Shown piece by piece: positions 37,984 through 47,942 of a stretch of DNA of 64,000 bases (position 1 is its first letter; each line of letters opens with the position of its first letter). The notes beneath the pieces are model-generated. The model ran no database searches and was not told the origin of the DNA. It worked only from the letters and a program-made list of their open reading frames with translations. Source of the DNA: a bacterium (GTDB lineage Bacteria > UBA8248 > JACPRG01 > G963555815); NCBI GenBank assembly GCA_965218795.1, contig OZ244653.1, forward strand, positions 3,648,001 to 3,712,000, in the 5' to 3' direction. The translations under genes and the position numbers were made by a program.

Positions 37984-38511
37984 GTGCAGGTCGATTCGGA
38001 TAAAGTGCAGTACTTCAAAGCGAACGACGGGAGGACCGTGGCGGTGTTTGTCCGCGGGGACCTGGAGGACTATTCCGCGTTTCCGCCGAAGATCGAGACC
38101 GAGGAAGACAAGGCCCACATGGCCCGCCATTACGATCTGTCGAAAATCGACATGGACACCTACACCAAAGCCCATCTCACCGATAACGAGCTCCCCCTGC
38201 AGGTGGTCTTGCTGAACCGGGAATTGGGCTCCAAGGTGAGGCCGCACTATCACAAGGTTCTGTCGCCTGTCTCGGGAGACAGCAAATTCCAGCTCATGAT
38301 GTGCCAGAGGGGGTTGGGGCGCATCGGCGTCTACACGCGGGAAGGGGACCACCTGGGCGACGTGGACCTGAGGCCCTTTGACTTCATTTTGTTGATGGAG
38401 GGCCATTCTATCGAGTTTATCGAGGAGAACACCAAGCTCATCGAGCTCAAGCAGGGCCCCTTCCCGGACGGGGGGGATGCCGAAGACATGGTGGGGTTGG
38501 CCAGAGAGTAG
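37984..38511 (+). CDS. Cupin-like hypothetical protein
   Basis: AGGAG + GTG; RPHYH, EGHSIEF, IELKQGPF. Confidence 0.75.
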   Translation: MQVDSDKVQYFKANDGRTVAVFVRGDLEDYSAFPPKIETEEDKAHMARHYDLSKIDMDTYTKAHLTDNELPLQVVLLNRELGSKVRPHYHKVLSPVSGDSKFQLMMCQRGLGRIGVYTREGDHLGDVDLRPFDFILLMEGHSIEFIEENTKLIELKQGPFPDGGDAEDMVGLARE

Positions 38512-38584
38512 GGCTTTGCCCGCCTCACTTCCGGCGGCGTAAGAGCGGCGAGGTACAACGAGGTACAAGACAATGGGTCAAAGC

Positions 38585-38629
38585 AAAGGGCTCATGGCCC
38601 TCCCGAAAGGGAAGGTCTGAGCCCTTTTT
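38585..38629. terminator. Probable bidirectional intrinsic terminator
   Basis: AAAGGGCTCA...CCC-GAAA-GGG...TGAGCCCTTTTT between convergent genes. Confidence 0.75.
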
Positions 38630-38675
38630 GCCAGCTCAGGAAAGGAAACGCCCTGCGACCGGGGTCGCTCCTTTG

Positions 38676-39089
38676 TTATTTCTTCCTGCGCGACGCGTCC
38701 CGACCGTGATAATGGCAGGCGTTACAGTTATGCAGGATTTGGCCGAGCTTGTTGGTGACGGTTTCCTCGTCGCCCTTGTTCGCGGCGGCAGTGATGTCGG
38801 CGGCCAAGGCCGCAATCGTCCCATGGATTTCCCGGGATTTGGCGGAGAGCCGCTTGATGCCGGAGACATATTTTTCTCTCTTCGAAAGCCCGGCGGAGAT
38901 GTCCGCAACCCTCTTCATGTCGAAAACTGTCAGCGCGGCGACGATGCCCTGAACATCAGCCAAGTTGGCCAGCATGCCCACCCAGACTGCCTTTGGCGTG
39001 TGCTTCTTCATCTGAGCCACAGATGGAGCCGCGACCAAGGCCATAGAAGCGAATGCGGCGACCAGAACAATCGCAAGAATCCTCTTCAT
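38676..39089 (-). CDS. Periplasmic class II cytochrome c (cytochrome c'-like)
   Basis: Signal peptide, helical composition, single C-terminal CNACH; AAGGAAGG upstream. Confidence 0.85.
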   Translation of the reverse strand: MKRILAIVLVAAFASMALVAAPSVAQMKKHTPKAVWVGMLANLADVQGIVAALTVFDMKRVADISAGLSKREKYVSGIKRLSAKSREIHGTIAALAADITAAANKGDEETVTNKLGQILHNCNACHYHGRDASRRKK

Positions 39090-39336
39090 GGAAGCCCCCT
39101 TCCTTGAGTTTCGACGTTCGTGATGAAAAACTGTTACGAAGTCAACTCGTGTTCAGGCCAAACATTCTAACAGATTCATCCCCTGTCGTCCCATTTTAAT
39201 GGAATGGGTCGAAAATGATTCTGTTCCCGAATCATTGGGTTTTTTGGAGCCGGTCGAGAGAGATAAGGACTCTGCTAGAATATCCTCGACCGTGCCCGGC
39301 AGGACGATTCGGAATTCGAGAGACTTCAGACGATTG

Positions 39337-39807
39337 ATGGGATTCGTCAAGAACATTCGTATCGGTAGAAGAGATTTCTTCTATTGGGGTTTCGCTGCCT
39401 TTGCCGGCCTCGGAATCCTCGCGCTGGTTTCAGGGTTTCTCAGTTATCTTTTTCCGCCAAACCTCCGTAAACGTATCCGTTCTCCCGTGGAAGTCCCCGG
39501 GGCGGATTTCCTCTCCACGGGGCAAACCGAGCAGCTCCTGATTGACGGAGAGCCGGCGCTCTTGCTGAAAGCCGATTCCGGTTACCGCGCCTTCTCGCTG
39601 ACCTGCACCCACCTGGGATGCGTCGTCCGGTGGCGGGGGGGAGAGGAAGGTTCGGATTCGGCCGGCGACAAAAAACCGGGGCGCTTTGCCTGCCCATGTC
39701 ACGGCGGCTTCTTCGATGCGGAGGGGAAGGTCCTTTCCGGCCCTCCGTCCAGACCGCTCGAACGACTCGAGGTCCGCCAGCGGGACGGACGGATCTTCAT
39801 CGTCTAA
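39337..39807 (+). CDS. Rieske 2Fe-2S subunit of a cytochrome bc complex; start uncertain
   Basis: Tat-like RRDFF plus TM helix; CTHLGC and CPCHG; GPPSRPL. Confidence 0.93.
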   Translation: MGFVKNIRIGRRDFFYWGFAAFAGLGILALVSGFLSYLFPPNLRKRIRSPVEVPGADFLSTGQTEQLLIDGEPALLLKADSGYRAFSLTCTHLGCVVRWRGGEEGSDSAGDKKPGRFACPCHGGFFDAEGKVLSGPPSRPLERLEVRQRDGRIFIV

Positions 39808-39821
39808 CGCGGGGGGCACGC

Positions 39822-40961
39822 GTGGTGGCGCCTCATCATTTGGACGATCGTCCGGCGGACGCCCACCGAACTTCATTGGGAGAAATCCGCGCCTGGATTG
39901 GGGAACTGCGGAATCTGTTCTCCCGCCATTCGGTCCCGCGGGGGCTCCGCGCCTACCACACCCTGGGAGCCGTTCTCCTCACGATTTTCGGCATTCAGGT
40001 TTTGACCGGCGTTCTGCTGATGTTCTACTACCAGCCTTCGCCCGAGCGGGCCCACGCCAGCGTCAGCTTTCTCATGAACCGGGTGAGCTGGGGCTGGGCG
40101 GTGCGGAGCCTCCATCGCTGGGCGGGCGAGGCAATGATCATCGCCGTGTTTCTGCACATGTGCCGGGTATTTTTCACCGGGGCTTTCAAGCGGCCGCGGG
40201 AATCCATCTGGCTGGCCGGGTTCGCCCTGTTGGTCACGATACTCGGGATGGCGTTTACCGGATACCTGCTCCCCTGGGATCAGAAGGCCTACTGGGGGAC
40301 GACCATCGGAGCCCGGATGGTCCACCAGACCCCGCTGCTGGGGGATTTCATCGCGGGCTTGATGAAGGGCGGAAGGCAGGTGGGGGCGGCGACGCTGACC
40401 CGGTTCTTCGCCCTTCACGTCGTCGTATTGCCGGCGGTTATGCTTGCGGCCATCGGGGTTCATCTCGGCCTGATCTACCGGATCGGCGTGGCCGATCCCC
40501 TTCCGAGGCGAAAGGGTCCCGGTGGTCCCGCGGGCCGGATCCCCTACGGACAGTTCATACGGAAGGAAATCCTGGCCGCCCTGCTGACAGGGGCCGTACT
40601 CCTTCTTTGGACGGCGTGGAACCCCGCTCCGCTGGGCGTTCCGGCCGACCCCGCAATCACGCCCGAGCACATCAAGCCGGAGTGGCCCTTCCTGGCCTTT
40701 TACCAGAGCCTGAAGATCTTTCCTTCCGGGGACCTGTTGCCCGGCTTTTCATATCTTCAGCTGGCCCTGGTTCTGCAGGGCCTGCCGTTCGCCCTCATCC
40801 TGTTGGCCCCGTTCCTGGACCGGTCGGAGCACCGTCAGCCCGGCCGCCGAAAAGCTGCGGTGGGCATTGCACTGATTCTCATTCTGGTTTGGGCGGTGTT
40901 CACGTATCTCGGTCATTATGCGGGCGGGACGGAGCCGATCTTTGGTATCGAGGTCTCGTGA
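39822..40961 (+). CDS. Cytochrome b (b6 plus subunit IV fused)
   Basis: RSLHRW...FLHMCR, FTGYLLPWDQKAYW, FFALHV...GVHL, IKPEWPFL. Confidence 0.94.
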   Translation: MVAPHHLDDRPADAHRTSLGEIRAWIGELRNLFSRHSVPRGLRAYHTLGAVLLTIFGIQVLTGVLLMFYYQPSPERAHASVSFLMNRVSWGWAVRSLHRWAGEAMIIAVFLHMCRVFFTGAFKRPRESIWLAGFALLVTILGMAFTGYLLPWDQKAYWGTTIGARMVHQTPLLGDFIAGLMKGGRQVGAATLTRFFALHVVVLPAVMLAAIGVHLGLIYRIGVADPLPRRKGPGGPAGRIPYGQFIRKEILAALLTGAVLLLWTAWNPAPLGVPADPAITPEHIKPEWPFLAFYQSLKIFPSGDLLPGFSYLQLALVLQGLPFALILLAPFLDRSEHRQPGRRKAAVGIALILILVWAVFTYLGHYAGGTEPIFGIEVS

Positions 40962-42232
40962 TGCGCGGATGGCTGATCTGCATGGGTCTGATTGCGGCGC
41001 TCCTGCTCCTTCCGGCGAATGCGCGGCCTGTCCGCGCTTCTACGCTGAAGGTCCACCCCGCTCCAACGGCACCGGCCGTCGATTCCTGCTGGGACTGCCA
41101 TCAGGAGGACAAGCAGGGGAGGCGGCACCGGGCGAGCATTCACTTCACCTTCGGGGTCGGCTGTGCGGGCTGCCACGGCGGCGACCCGACGAAGACCAGG
41201 CGCGAGGACGCGGAAGCCGAGGGGGCCGGGTTCAAGGGCGAGATATCGGTGTTCGACATCCCCGAGGTCTGCGCCAAGTGCCACGGGGAAGCGGAGAACG
41301 CGCAATGGTCGAGGCTCAAGCGAAACGCCTTCGAGGAGTACAAGCAGGGTTTTCACGCCGAGGCGTTATGGGGAAAGGAAGAGCCGGGAGCGCCCCAGTG
41401 CGCCACTTGCCACGGCGCCCACCGGATACTCCGCTCCGATGACCCCGAATCGCCCAGCCATCCGGCCAACGTCAACCGGACCTGCGCGAAATGCCACGGA
41501 GACGAACAGTACAAGGAGGACTTCGGCCTGGATCCGGAGGTCCCGGCCCGCGTGGCGAAAAGCGTCCACGGCCCGAGGGATGTCTGGGATCCGGAACGGA
41601 ATCTTCCCAACTGCGCTTCCTGTCACGGGGCCCACTGGAACGCCCGGCCCAAGGGAAAGCAGGTGTTCGACTCCTGCGGCATGTGCCACCGGCCCGAGCG
41701 GGAGGCCTTCCACGCCGCCAATCCTCATTTTTCAAAGGATGTCCACTGCGCCAAGTGTCACGGCTCTCACGCCGTCAAGCCGGCCACGCCGGCCCTGTTT
41801 CGGGATCCCGAGGTGTGCGGAGCCTGCCACAGCCCGGCGAAGAACGCGCAGGACCCCGCGCTCGAATACATCGACCGGGTGCTCAAGGCCGCCGCGCCGG
41901 TGGAGGCCTCGCTGACGAACGCGCGCGCGACCCTGGCTCGACTGCGAAAGGCGGGCTTCGATCCGGAGGACGGGGCCAGCCGTCTCGGGCGCGCCCGGCG
42001 CGCTCTGCTGACCCGCTTCGGGCAGGTCCAGCACCGGCTGCATCTCGTCAAGAACTTCAAGGCGCTGGAGGCGGTCGGCGAGCAGGCGAAGGCGGCCGAG
42101 GCATCGCTCCTGGCGGCCCGGCGCGGGCATCGGTGGACGCGCATCGCGCTGTGGGTCGGCGCGGCCTATCTGATTTTTTTGGGGGCGCTCCTGTGGCGAA
42201 GAATGTCCAGGAATCAGTCCTTTTACAGATGA
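40961..42232 (+). CDS. Membrane-anchored nonaheme cytochrome c (423 aa)
   Basis: Signal peptide; 9 CxxCH (CWDCH, CAGCH, CAKCH, CATCH, CAKCH, CASCH, CGMCH, CAKCH, CGACH); C-terminal TM; TGATG overlap with cytochrome b. Confidence 0.93.
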   Translation: MRGWLICMGLIAALLLLPANARPVRASTLKVHPAPTAPAVDSCWDCHQEDKQGRRHRASIHFTFGVGCAGCHGGDPTKTRREDAEAEGAGFKGEISVFDIPEVCAKCHGEAENAQWSRLKRNAFEEYKQGFHAEALWGKEEPGAPQCATCHGAHRILRSDDPESPSHPANVNRTCAKCHGDEQYKEDFGLDPEVPARVAKSVHGPRDVWDPERNLPNCASCHGAHWNARPKGKQVFDSCGMCHRPEREAFHAANPHFSKDVHCAKCHGSHAVKPATPALFRDPEVCGACHSPAKNAQDPALEYIDRVLKAAAPVEASLTNARATLARLRKAGFDPEDGASRLGRARRALLTRFGQVQHRLHLVKNFKALEAVGEQAKAAEASLLAARRGHRWTRIALWVGAAYLIFLGALLWRRMSRNQSFYR

Positions 42233-42257
42233 AAAAGATATCTTCCATAACACTTTC

Positions 42258-42430
42258 ATCTTATTTTTGTGCTATTCTGGTTTGAAAGGAGGGCTTTACG
42301 GGACGAACGACAACCGGGGCTGCAAGCGGTGGGAAGCGCGCTGCGACGAGCAAATCTTGCCGAGCATCGACTGTGCGTTCTGGAGTTGGCCGATGTCCTG
42401 GGCAACGTATCGGGGGCTTGGCCCCTGTAT
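42258..42430 (+). mobile_element. IS481-family 5' remnant (copy 2, more decayed)
   Basis: GGGACGAACGACAACCGGGGCTGCAAGCGGTGGGAAGCGCG nearly identical to 5383-5423; LAEHRLCVLELADVLGNVSGA. Confidence 0.6.
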
Positions 42431-42433
42431 TCT

Positions 42434-42622
42434 GGATTCCCGCCTACGCGGGAATGACGATCAAAAGGGTTGGACAGGGGGAGTGCGACGGAGGTGTGGG
42501 AATTCCGCGCTGTCTGAGTCGTTTGTCATTCCTGCTCCGATAGAAACCTTCGAAGGCGAGCTGCACGCAAGAATCCATTCGGCAGGCTCTTTGTCTGTCA
42601 TTCCTGCGCAGGCGGGAATCCA
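42434..42622. repeat. REP-like cluster (GTCATTCC..GGAATCC family)
   Basis: TGGATTCCCGCCTACGCGGGAATGAC, an insert-bearing copy near 42525, GTCATTCCTGCGCAGGCGGGAATCCA. Confidence 0.85.
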
Positions 42623-42739
42623 GAAGGACGAAGCAGGAGGAGAGCGGCGGTGCTCAGAACAATGCGATGTCCGGACTTCCTCGGGCAAGGGGGTTTTCCC
42701 CTTGGAGCCGCCTGTAGCATGATGGGGTTGCAGCCGGAA

Positions 42740-42945
42740 TTCAGGGTCAAGCCCCTGCTTGCAAGGGTCGGGGATTGGAAGGGGTTTCTTCTGGTCGTCG
42801 GCCTGACGGAGGAGGAGATTGAGCGGATACGGCGTCATGAGAGCGACAGGCAGACCCTTGGGCGATGACGGTTTTGTTGGAAGGCTTGAACAGGCATTGG
42901 CCGTATCCTGCAAAGGAAGAAAACAGGACGAAAAAGGGCATAAGC
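42740..42945 (+). pseudogene. C-terminal relic of a REP-associated tyrosine transposase (RAYT, IS200-like)
   Basis: VKPLLARVGDWKGFL...EEEIERIRRHE, frameshift, TGRPLGDDGFVGRLEQAL. Confidence 0.65.
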
Positions 42946-43025
42946 ATAGATCGGGGTGGGGTCCGCTCGATGCCGATTTCTTGAAAAAGCGTCGGAGCTT
43001 CTGCACGGGGGACCACTGACCACCA

Positions 43026-43796
43026 CTAATGGAAAGAGGATTCGTTCGGTTCTTTTCGGTCTGCGATGGCCGGGGAAAAGTCGGCGAGAAGACGGGCTAA
43101 AAATTCCTGAAGTGTCTGCAGCGCTCGCCGCATGACCCCGGCGCGTGTCAAAAAACCGGCTCCGTCCGTCAGCGTGCGAACGGGATGTTTCCATCCCCTG
43201 CGGAAATCCGGCAGCGTCGTGTGAGCATTATCGGTAATAACGCGGACGGACAGATACGGCATTCCGCGCACCAACCCTCCCACGGCGGCGCTTTCCATGT
43301 CCACGGCCGACCCGCCTGACGCCTTTCGGAGGGCGTCTTTTTCTCTGGGCGAGGAGGCCGGCTCATCGACGCTGATCACACCGCCGGATGTGGCGCGGAA
43401 ACCGCCTTGTTCGGCTTTACGTTTCGCTTCCGCGCCCCAAATCGGATCGCAGACGGATTTTCCGGCTTCCCCTTTCGCCTCCATCACCCACTCGGCGAGG
43501 ACCAGGTCGCCCACTTGCAGATCGGGATCCAGGGCCCCCGCCGAGCCGGTACACAGGACGGCCGAAACGCCTTTGGTCATCAGCGCGCGCGCTGCGTCCG
43601 CGGCTTTCCCCGGGCCCATCCCCCCCGGGACTATCAAGACGCGCGATGTCCCCAGGCGGCCTTCCCAGGCGCTCCTTCCGCTCAAATCGACGCTTCGCGG
43701 ATCGATGAGGCTTCCGGCCAGGGAGGAGACCTCCGCCCGAAAGGCGCTGATCACCCCGACGATGGATTCGGCATTCCGGTGAGCTTCCGGGTTCAC
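43026..43796 (-). CDS. hpnG: Hopanoid-associated phosphorylase/nucleosidase (HpnG-like)
   Basis: GGMGP, GSAGALDPDLQVGD, AVDMES, VRVITD; directly downstream of shc. Confidence 0.75.
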   Translation of the reverse strand: MNPEAHRNAESIVGVISAFRAEVSSLAGSLIDPRSVDLSGRSAWEGRLGTSRVLIVPGGMGPGKAADAARALMTKGVSAVLCTGSAGALDPDLQVGDLVLAEWVMEAKGEAGKSVCDPIWGAEAKRKAEQGGFRATSGGVISVDEPASSPREKDALRKASGGSAVDMESAAVGGLVRGMPYLSVRVITDNAHTTLPDFRRGWKHPVRTLTDGAGFLTRAGVMRRALQTLQEFLARLLADFSPAIADRKEPNESSFH

Positions 43797-43820
43797 CGGA
43801 GGACTCGCTTCACGGAGGAA

Positions 43821-45809
43821 TCACTGCGTGAGGTGGTGATAGCGCCCGAGGGCCGCCAGCGGGAAGTAGTGGCGATAGAAGTGGTACCGGAGGTAGAAGA
43901 CCTTGGGAAATCCCGTCCCTGTCCATTCCTCCTCATTCCAGGTTCCTCCGGCGGTCTGGCCGTTTAAGAGGAAGTCGATGCCCCGTTGCGTAGCCGGATG
44001 GCTCACCTCACCGCCCGCCATCAGGCCCATCAGCGCCCAGGCGGTCTGCGAGGGGGTGCTGACGCCCTGGCCGCGCAGGCCCGGATCGTCATAGGACGCG
44101 ATGGTCTCGCCCCAGCCGCCGTCTTCGTTCTGATGATCGAAGAGCCATTGGACGGCCTGCCGGACATAGGGCGCATTCATGTCCTCCTTGACGCTGGCCA
44201 AGCCCTGGAGCACGATGTGCGTGCCGTAGATATAGTTGACTCCCCAGCGGCCGTACCAGCAGCCATCCTCCTCTTGCTGCTTGTTGAGGAAGCGGATGGC
44301 CCGTCGGACGGCAGGCGTTTTCCTGCCGTGGCCGAAGCGTCCCAAAAGCTCCAGCACCCTGCCCGTCAGGTCGGCGGTGCTGGGGTCCAGGACGGCCCCG
44401 TGATCCGCGTAGGGAATATTGTTCAGGATGGTCTTGTTGTTGTTCCGCTCGAAGGCCGCCCAGCCGCCGTCACTGCATTGCATCCCGAGCGCCCAGTTGA
44501 GACCCCGCTGAATGGCCTCAGCCTTCTCCTTCTCATCCTTCAGAGCGATTCGCTGCAAGCTCATCAGGACGGCGCTGGTGTCGTCATTGTCCGGGTAAGA
44601 CTCGTTATTGAACTGGAAGGCCCAACCGCCCGGCTCCGCTCCGTTCCCCTTGATACGCCAATCCCCATGGGTGGAGGTCTGTTTCGTCAGCAGCCATTCC
44701 GCGGCTCGGACCAGCGCGGGATGCTCTCCGGATACGCCGGCCTCGAGAAGGGCGTAGCACGCCAAGGCGGTGTCCCAGACAGGCGAGACGCAAGGTTGGA
44801 CGCGGAGATGATCGCTTTCTTCAATCACCAGGTCTTCAAAATCCTGGATGGACTTGCCCAGTGCGGGATTATCCTCCTTGTCGTACCCGAGCACGTGCAT
44901 GGCGATGATGGAGTTGGCCATTGCGGGGTAGATCGCGCCCAGGCCGTCAGTCTTGAAATGGCGTTTCTGGATCCACGCTTCCGCTTTCTGAATGGACCGG
45001 GTCCGGATCTCCGATATGTTTTTCTTCTCAAGAAATTTGAGGACGGCGTCTCCCATGAGGAAGAGCGTCCGCAGGAAGGTCCGGTTCTGGCTCCCTCCGT
45101 GGAACCAATCCGCTTTGGAAGGTCCTTTGAGGTAGAGATCATCCAGGCTGTCGGGCGGCAGGGTCTGGACCTTGGGTTTGATGGCCGCCACGATGAGCAG
45201 CGGAACGATGATCGTTCGCGTCCAGTACGAGATCTCGTAGATGTTCACATACAGCCAGTTGGGCGCGAAGATCAACTCGACCGGCATCGAAGGGATTTGA
45301 TCCCATTCGATCTGTCCGTTGAGGGCAAGGTAGATTTTCGTGAAAACGTTGGCTCGTTCCAATCCGCCGAGACGGTGCACCGCCTCCCGGGCGTGGACCA
45401 TCATGGCGTGGCCTTCTTCCACGCCGGCCAGCTTCAAGGCGAAGTATGCCTTGACGGTGACGTTGATCTCCGACGGCCCCCCCCGATAGATGTTCCATCC
45501 GCCGTCGGGAAGTTGTTCCATCTCGATATGGCGGACGGCCTTTCGCTTGATGTTTTCGGTGAGCGTGCCCAGAAAGGCCTTGAGCATGATGTAATCGGAC
45601 GTCAGGGTGGTGTCGGCCTGCAACTCAGCCACCCAGTACCCCTCGTCCGGGTCCTGTCGGGCGAGCAGCCAATCCCGGGCCCGCTCGATAGCCTTCCGGG
45701 TGTCCTCCGTCCTCTCGTAAAGGTCCCGTTCTGTGGTTCGGACGACTGCCAGGGGTATCGGGTTCGTCAATGCGATTTTACTCAAAAGGTCAGGGGTTTC
45801 ATCTTCCAC
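43821..45809 (-). CDS. shc: Squalene--hopene cyclase
   Basis: QPCVSPVWDT, GGWAFQ..N..YPDNDDT, QW repeats, WYGRWGVNYIYGT, GTGFPKVFYLRY. Confidence 0.97.
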   Translation of the reverse strand: MEDETPDLLSKIALTNPIPLAVVRTTERDLYERTEDTRKAIERARDWLLARQDPDEGYWVAELQADTTLTSDYIMLKAFLGTLTENIKRKAVRHIEMEQLPDGGWNIYRGGPSEINVTVKAYFALKLAGVEEGHAMMVHAREAVHRLGGLERANVFTKIYLALNGQIEWDQIPSMPVELIFAPNWLYVNIYEISYWTRTIIVPLLIVAAIKPKVQTLPPDSLDDLYLKGPSKADWFHGGSQNRTFLRTLFLMGDAVLKFLEKKNISEIRTRSIQKAEAWIQKRHFKTDGLGAIYPAMANSIIAMHVLGYDKEDNPALGKSIQDFEDLVIEESDHLRVQPCVSPVWDTALACYALLEAGVSGEHPALVRAAEWLLTKQTSTHGDWRIKGNGAEPGGWAFQFNNESYPDNDDTSAVLMSLQRIALKDEKEKAEAIQRGLNWALGMQCSDGGWAAFERNNNKTILNNIPYADHGAVLDPSTADLTGRVLELLGRFGHGRKTPAVRRAIRFLNKQQEEDGCWYGRWGVNYIYGTHIVLQGLASVKEDMNAPYVRQAVQWLFDHQNEDGGWGETIASYDDPGLRGQGVSTPSQTAWALMGLMAGGEVSHPATQRGIDFLLNGQTAGGTWNEEEWTGTGFPKVFYLRYHFYRHYFPLAALGRYHHLTQ

Positions 45810-45929
45810 AGGGGTGAATCGAACCCAAGCATTGAAATGTTTCCGACCGGGGCCATTGATTGCGGTTCTGGGGCTTCTCGGGGCGGCGTGAGAAGCCGCT
45901 TCCGGACCAGGAATGGATCAGGATCAATC

Positions 45930-46196
45930 TCAAGCCGGAGTCAGGAGCGAATCGAGATCTCCTGATTCTTGAAGCTGCAGCAATTCGGGGTAACCCCCAA
46001 CGGACTTGCCGTCGATGACGATTTGAGGGACCGTCTTGGCGCCCCCCGTGATCGTCATCATCTCTTCCCATTCGGGGGTTCCGCCGAATACCATCTTCTC
46101 CTCGTACGCGATGCCCTTCTTCTCCAACAGCATCTTCGCCATTCGGCAGTAGCCGCAGGGCTCTGTCGTATACACAAAAACCTTTGGTTCCGACAC
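45930..46196 (-). CDS. grxC: Glutaredoxin 3-like
   Basis: CGYC, TVPQI, VGGY; GTG at 46196 with AAGGAGG upstream. Confidence 0.88.
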   Translation of the reverse strand: MSEPKVFVYTTEPCGYCRMAKMLLEKKGIAYEEKMVFGGTPEWEEMMTITGGAKTVPQIVIDGKSVGGYPELLQLQESGDLDSLLTPA

Positions 46197-46832
46197 TTCC
46201 GCTCGACCTCCTTGCATGAACGCATGTCCTTGCCGAATTCTGACGTTCAAGTCTAGACCTCCAACTGATTTCCGTCAAATCATCAGGCGATCGGGTCGTG
46301 GGTCATTTTGGCACGGATGAATCACGATACATCTTTTCCCTCACGAAACGATCATCCTTCGGGTGTGGTTCTTTTGCAGGAGAGACCCTTGCGGTTTCCG
46401 CCGGAGGGATCAATCTTTCCCCCTCCGTTTGGGACGTTGCTGCGACGCGACGGACCCTCAAATGCCATTCCGGTCGCAAATCGTTGCCCGCGCGAGGAAT
46501 CTCCACTTCGCAGCCTGGAAATTACCCTTCAGATTCAGTGGAACGGGGCTGGTGCTCCATCCTCTGTGACTTTCATCGGTCCAATTTTTTCAAGCCTGAA
46601 AAAATCAAAATGACCCACAACCGGCGATCTCTCGGGGGCGAGGAAAGAGCATTGGATCCCAACCTGTGACCTGCACGGGGGAACGGTGGGCGCAGGCCGT
46701 CGGTTCTGTCCATTTCTTTTTCTTCAGAGGTTGCATTTTCCGGGTCAATCGACCATTCAGTATAGAAGCGCGTTCAGATAGGGGTATATTTCTTACATTC
46801 GTGGAAATTTTCGGAGCCCGAACCCGTCACCG

Positions 46833-47942
46833 ATGGATCATCAGTGGGACAGGCGAAAATTCCTCCGGCATGCGGCCCGATCGGGATTGGGAGCGATGGC
46901 GATGCTTTCCGGTTGTGGACGATTTGATCTGCTTTCACCCCCGGTTGGGCAGTCGCGGGAGGAGGCGGGTCTGGTTTCCCGCGATCCGGAATCCTTGTAC
47001 GCGCAGCATGGCCGCCCCGGTCACTGGTTCAACCCGTGGTGGAAGAACCCCCTGAAGTTTTACAGCTACTACAAGATGAGACTGATGTACAAGAACGAGT
47101 GGCTGGAGGCGAAAAGCCGTCCGCCGGTTGTCCCGAGGGTGGAAAACGGCGGGGATTACCTCTCCCGGCCGGAGCGATCGGCATCCATCACCTGGGTGGG
47201 GCACTGCACCTTTGTGATCAAGGACGGCCGGGATACGATTTTGACGGACCCCCAGTTCAACCGGCGCGCCTTGCTCCCGCGGCGGGTGTATCCCCCCGGC
47301 GTTCCCATCGAGAAAATCCCATCCGACGCCATTGCCCTGCTGTCCCACAATCATTACGACCACATGGACTCGTGGACCATCGAGACCCTGCCGAAGTCCC
47401 TCGCCTGGTTCGTGCCGGCCGGACTGGGGAAATGGTTCCGGGGCGTCGGCCGGAAGCGGGTCGTCGAGCTCGATTGGTGGGAAACGGCGCGCCACGGACC
47501 CTGGAAGGTGACCTGTCTCCCGGCCCAGCATTGGTCCAACCGGTTGGGGGTGTCGAGAAACAGCACCCTGTGGTGCTCCTGGCTCATTGAATCGGACGAG
47601 CGGAAGTACTTTTTCGCGGGGGATACCGGTTATTTTCACGGGTTTGCGGAGTACGGCCGGAAGCTGGGCCCCATCGACCTTGCGATGCTGCCCATCGGGG
47701 CTTATGTGCCGCGATGGTTCATGCGGTATTCTCATATGGATCCCGCAGAGGCTTACCGGGCCTTCGGGGAGCTTCGCGCGCGGTGGATGGTGCCGATGCA
47801 CTGGGGGACGTTCGACCTGACCAATGAGCCGATCGATCAGCCGCCGAAGGAGTTGAAAAAGGCGGTCCGGGACTCCGGTGGGGACCCGCGTGCGGTTCGG
47901 TTGATGGCCATCGGCGAACGCTGGTATCTTCCCGAGACGTAG
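46833..47942 (+). CDS. Tat-exported MBL-fold hydrolase (NAPE-PLD/RomA-like), possible lipoprotein
   Basis: RRKFL Tat motif, LSGC lipobox, SHNHYDH, PAQHWS, FAGDTGY, PIGAY, PMHWGTF. Confidence 0.9.
   Translation: MDHQWDRRKFLRHAARSGLGAMAMLSGCGRFDLLSPPVGQSREEAGLVSRDPESLYAQHGRPGHWFNPWWKNPLKFYSYYKMRLMYKNEWLEAKSRPPVVPRVENGGDYLSRPERSASITWVGHCTFVIKDGRDTILTDPQFNRRALLPRRVYPPGVPIEKIPSDAIALLSHNHYDHMDSWTIETLPKSLAWFVPAGLGKWFRGVGRKRVVELDWWETARHGPWKVTCLPAQHWSNRLGVSRNSTLWCSWLIESDERKYFFAGDTGYFHGFAEYGRKLGPIDLAMLPIGAYVPRWFMRYSHMDPAEAYRAFGELRARWMVPMHWGTFDLTNEPIDQPPKELKKAVRDSGGDPRAVRLMAIGERWYLPET

Noticed and set aside
39686-40960. N-terminal 425 aa of the 848-aa ORF as part of a giant cytochrome
   Set aside because: Overlaps Rieske and cytochrome b in another frame; the signal peptide starts at ATG 40961
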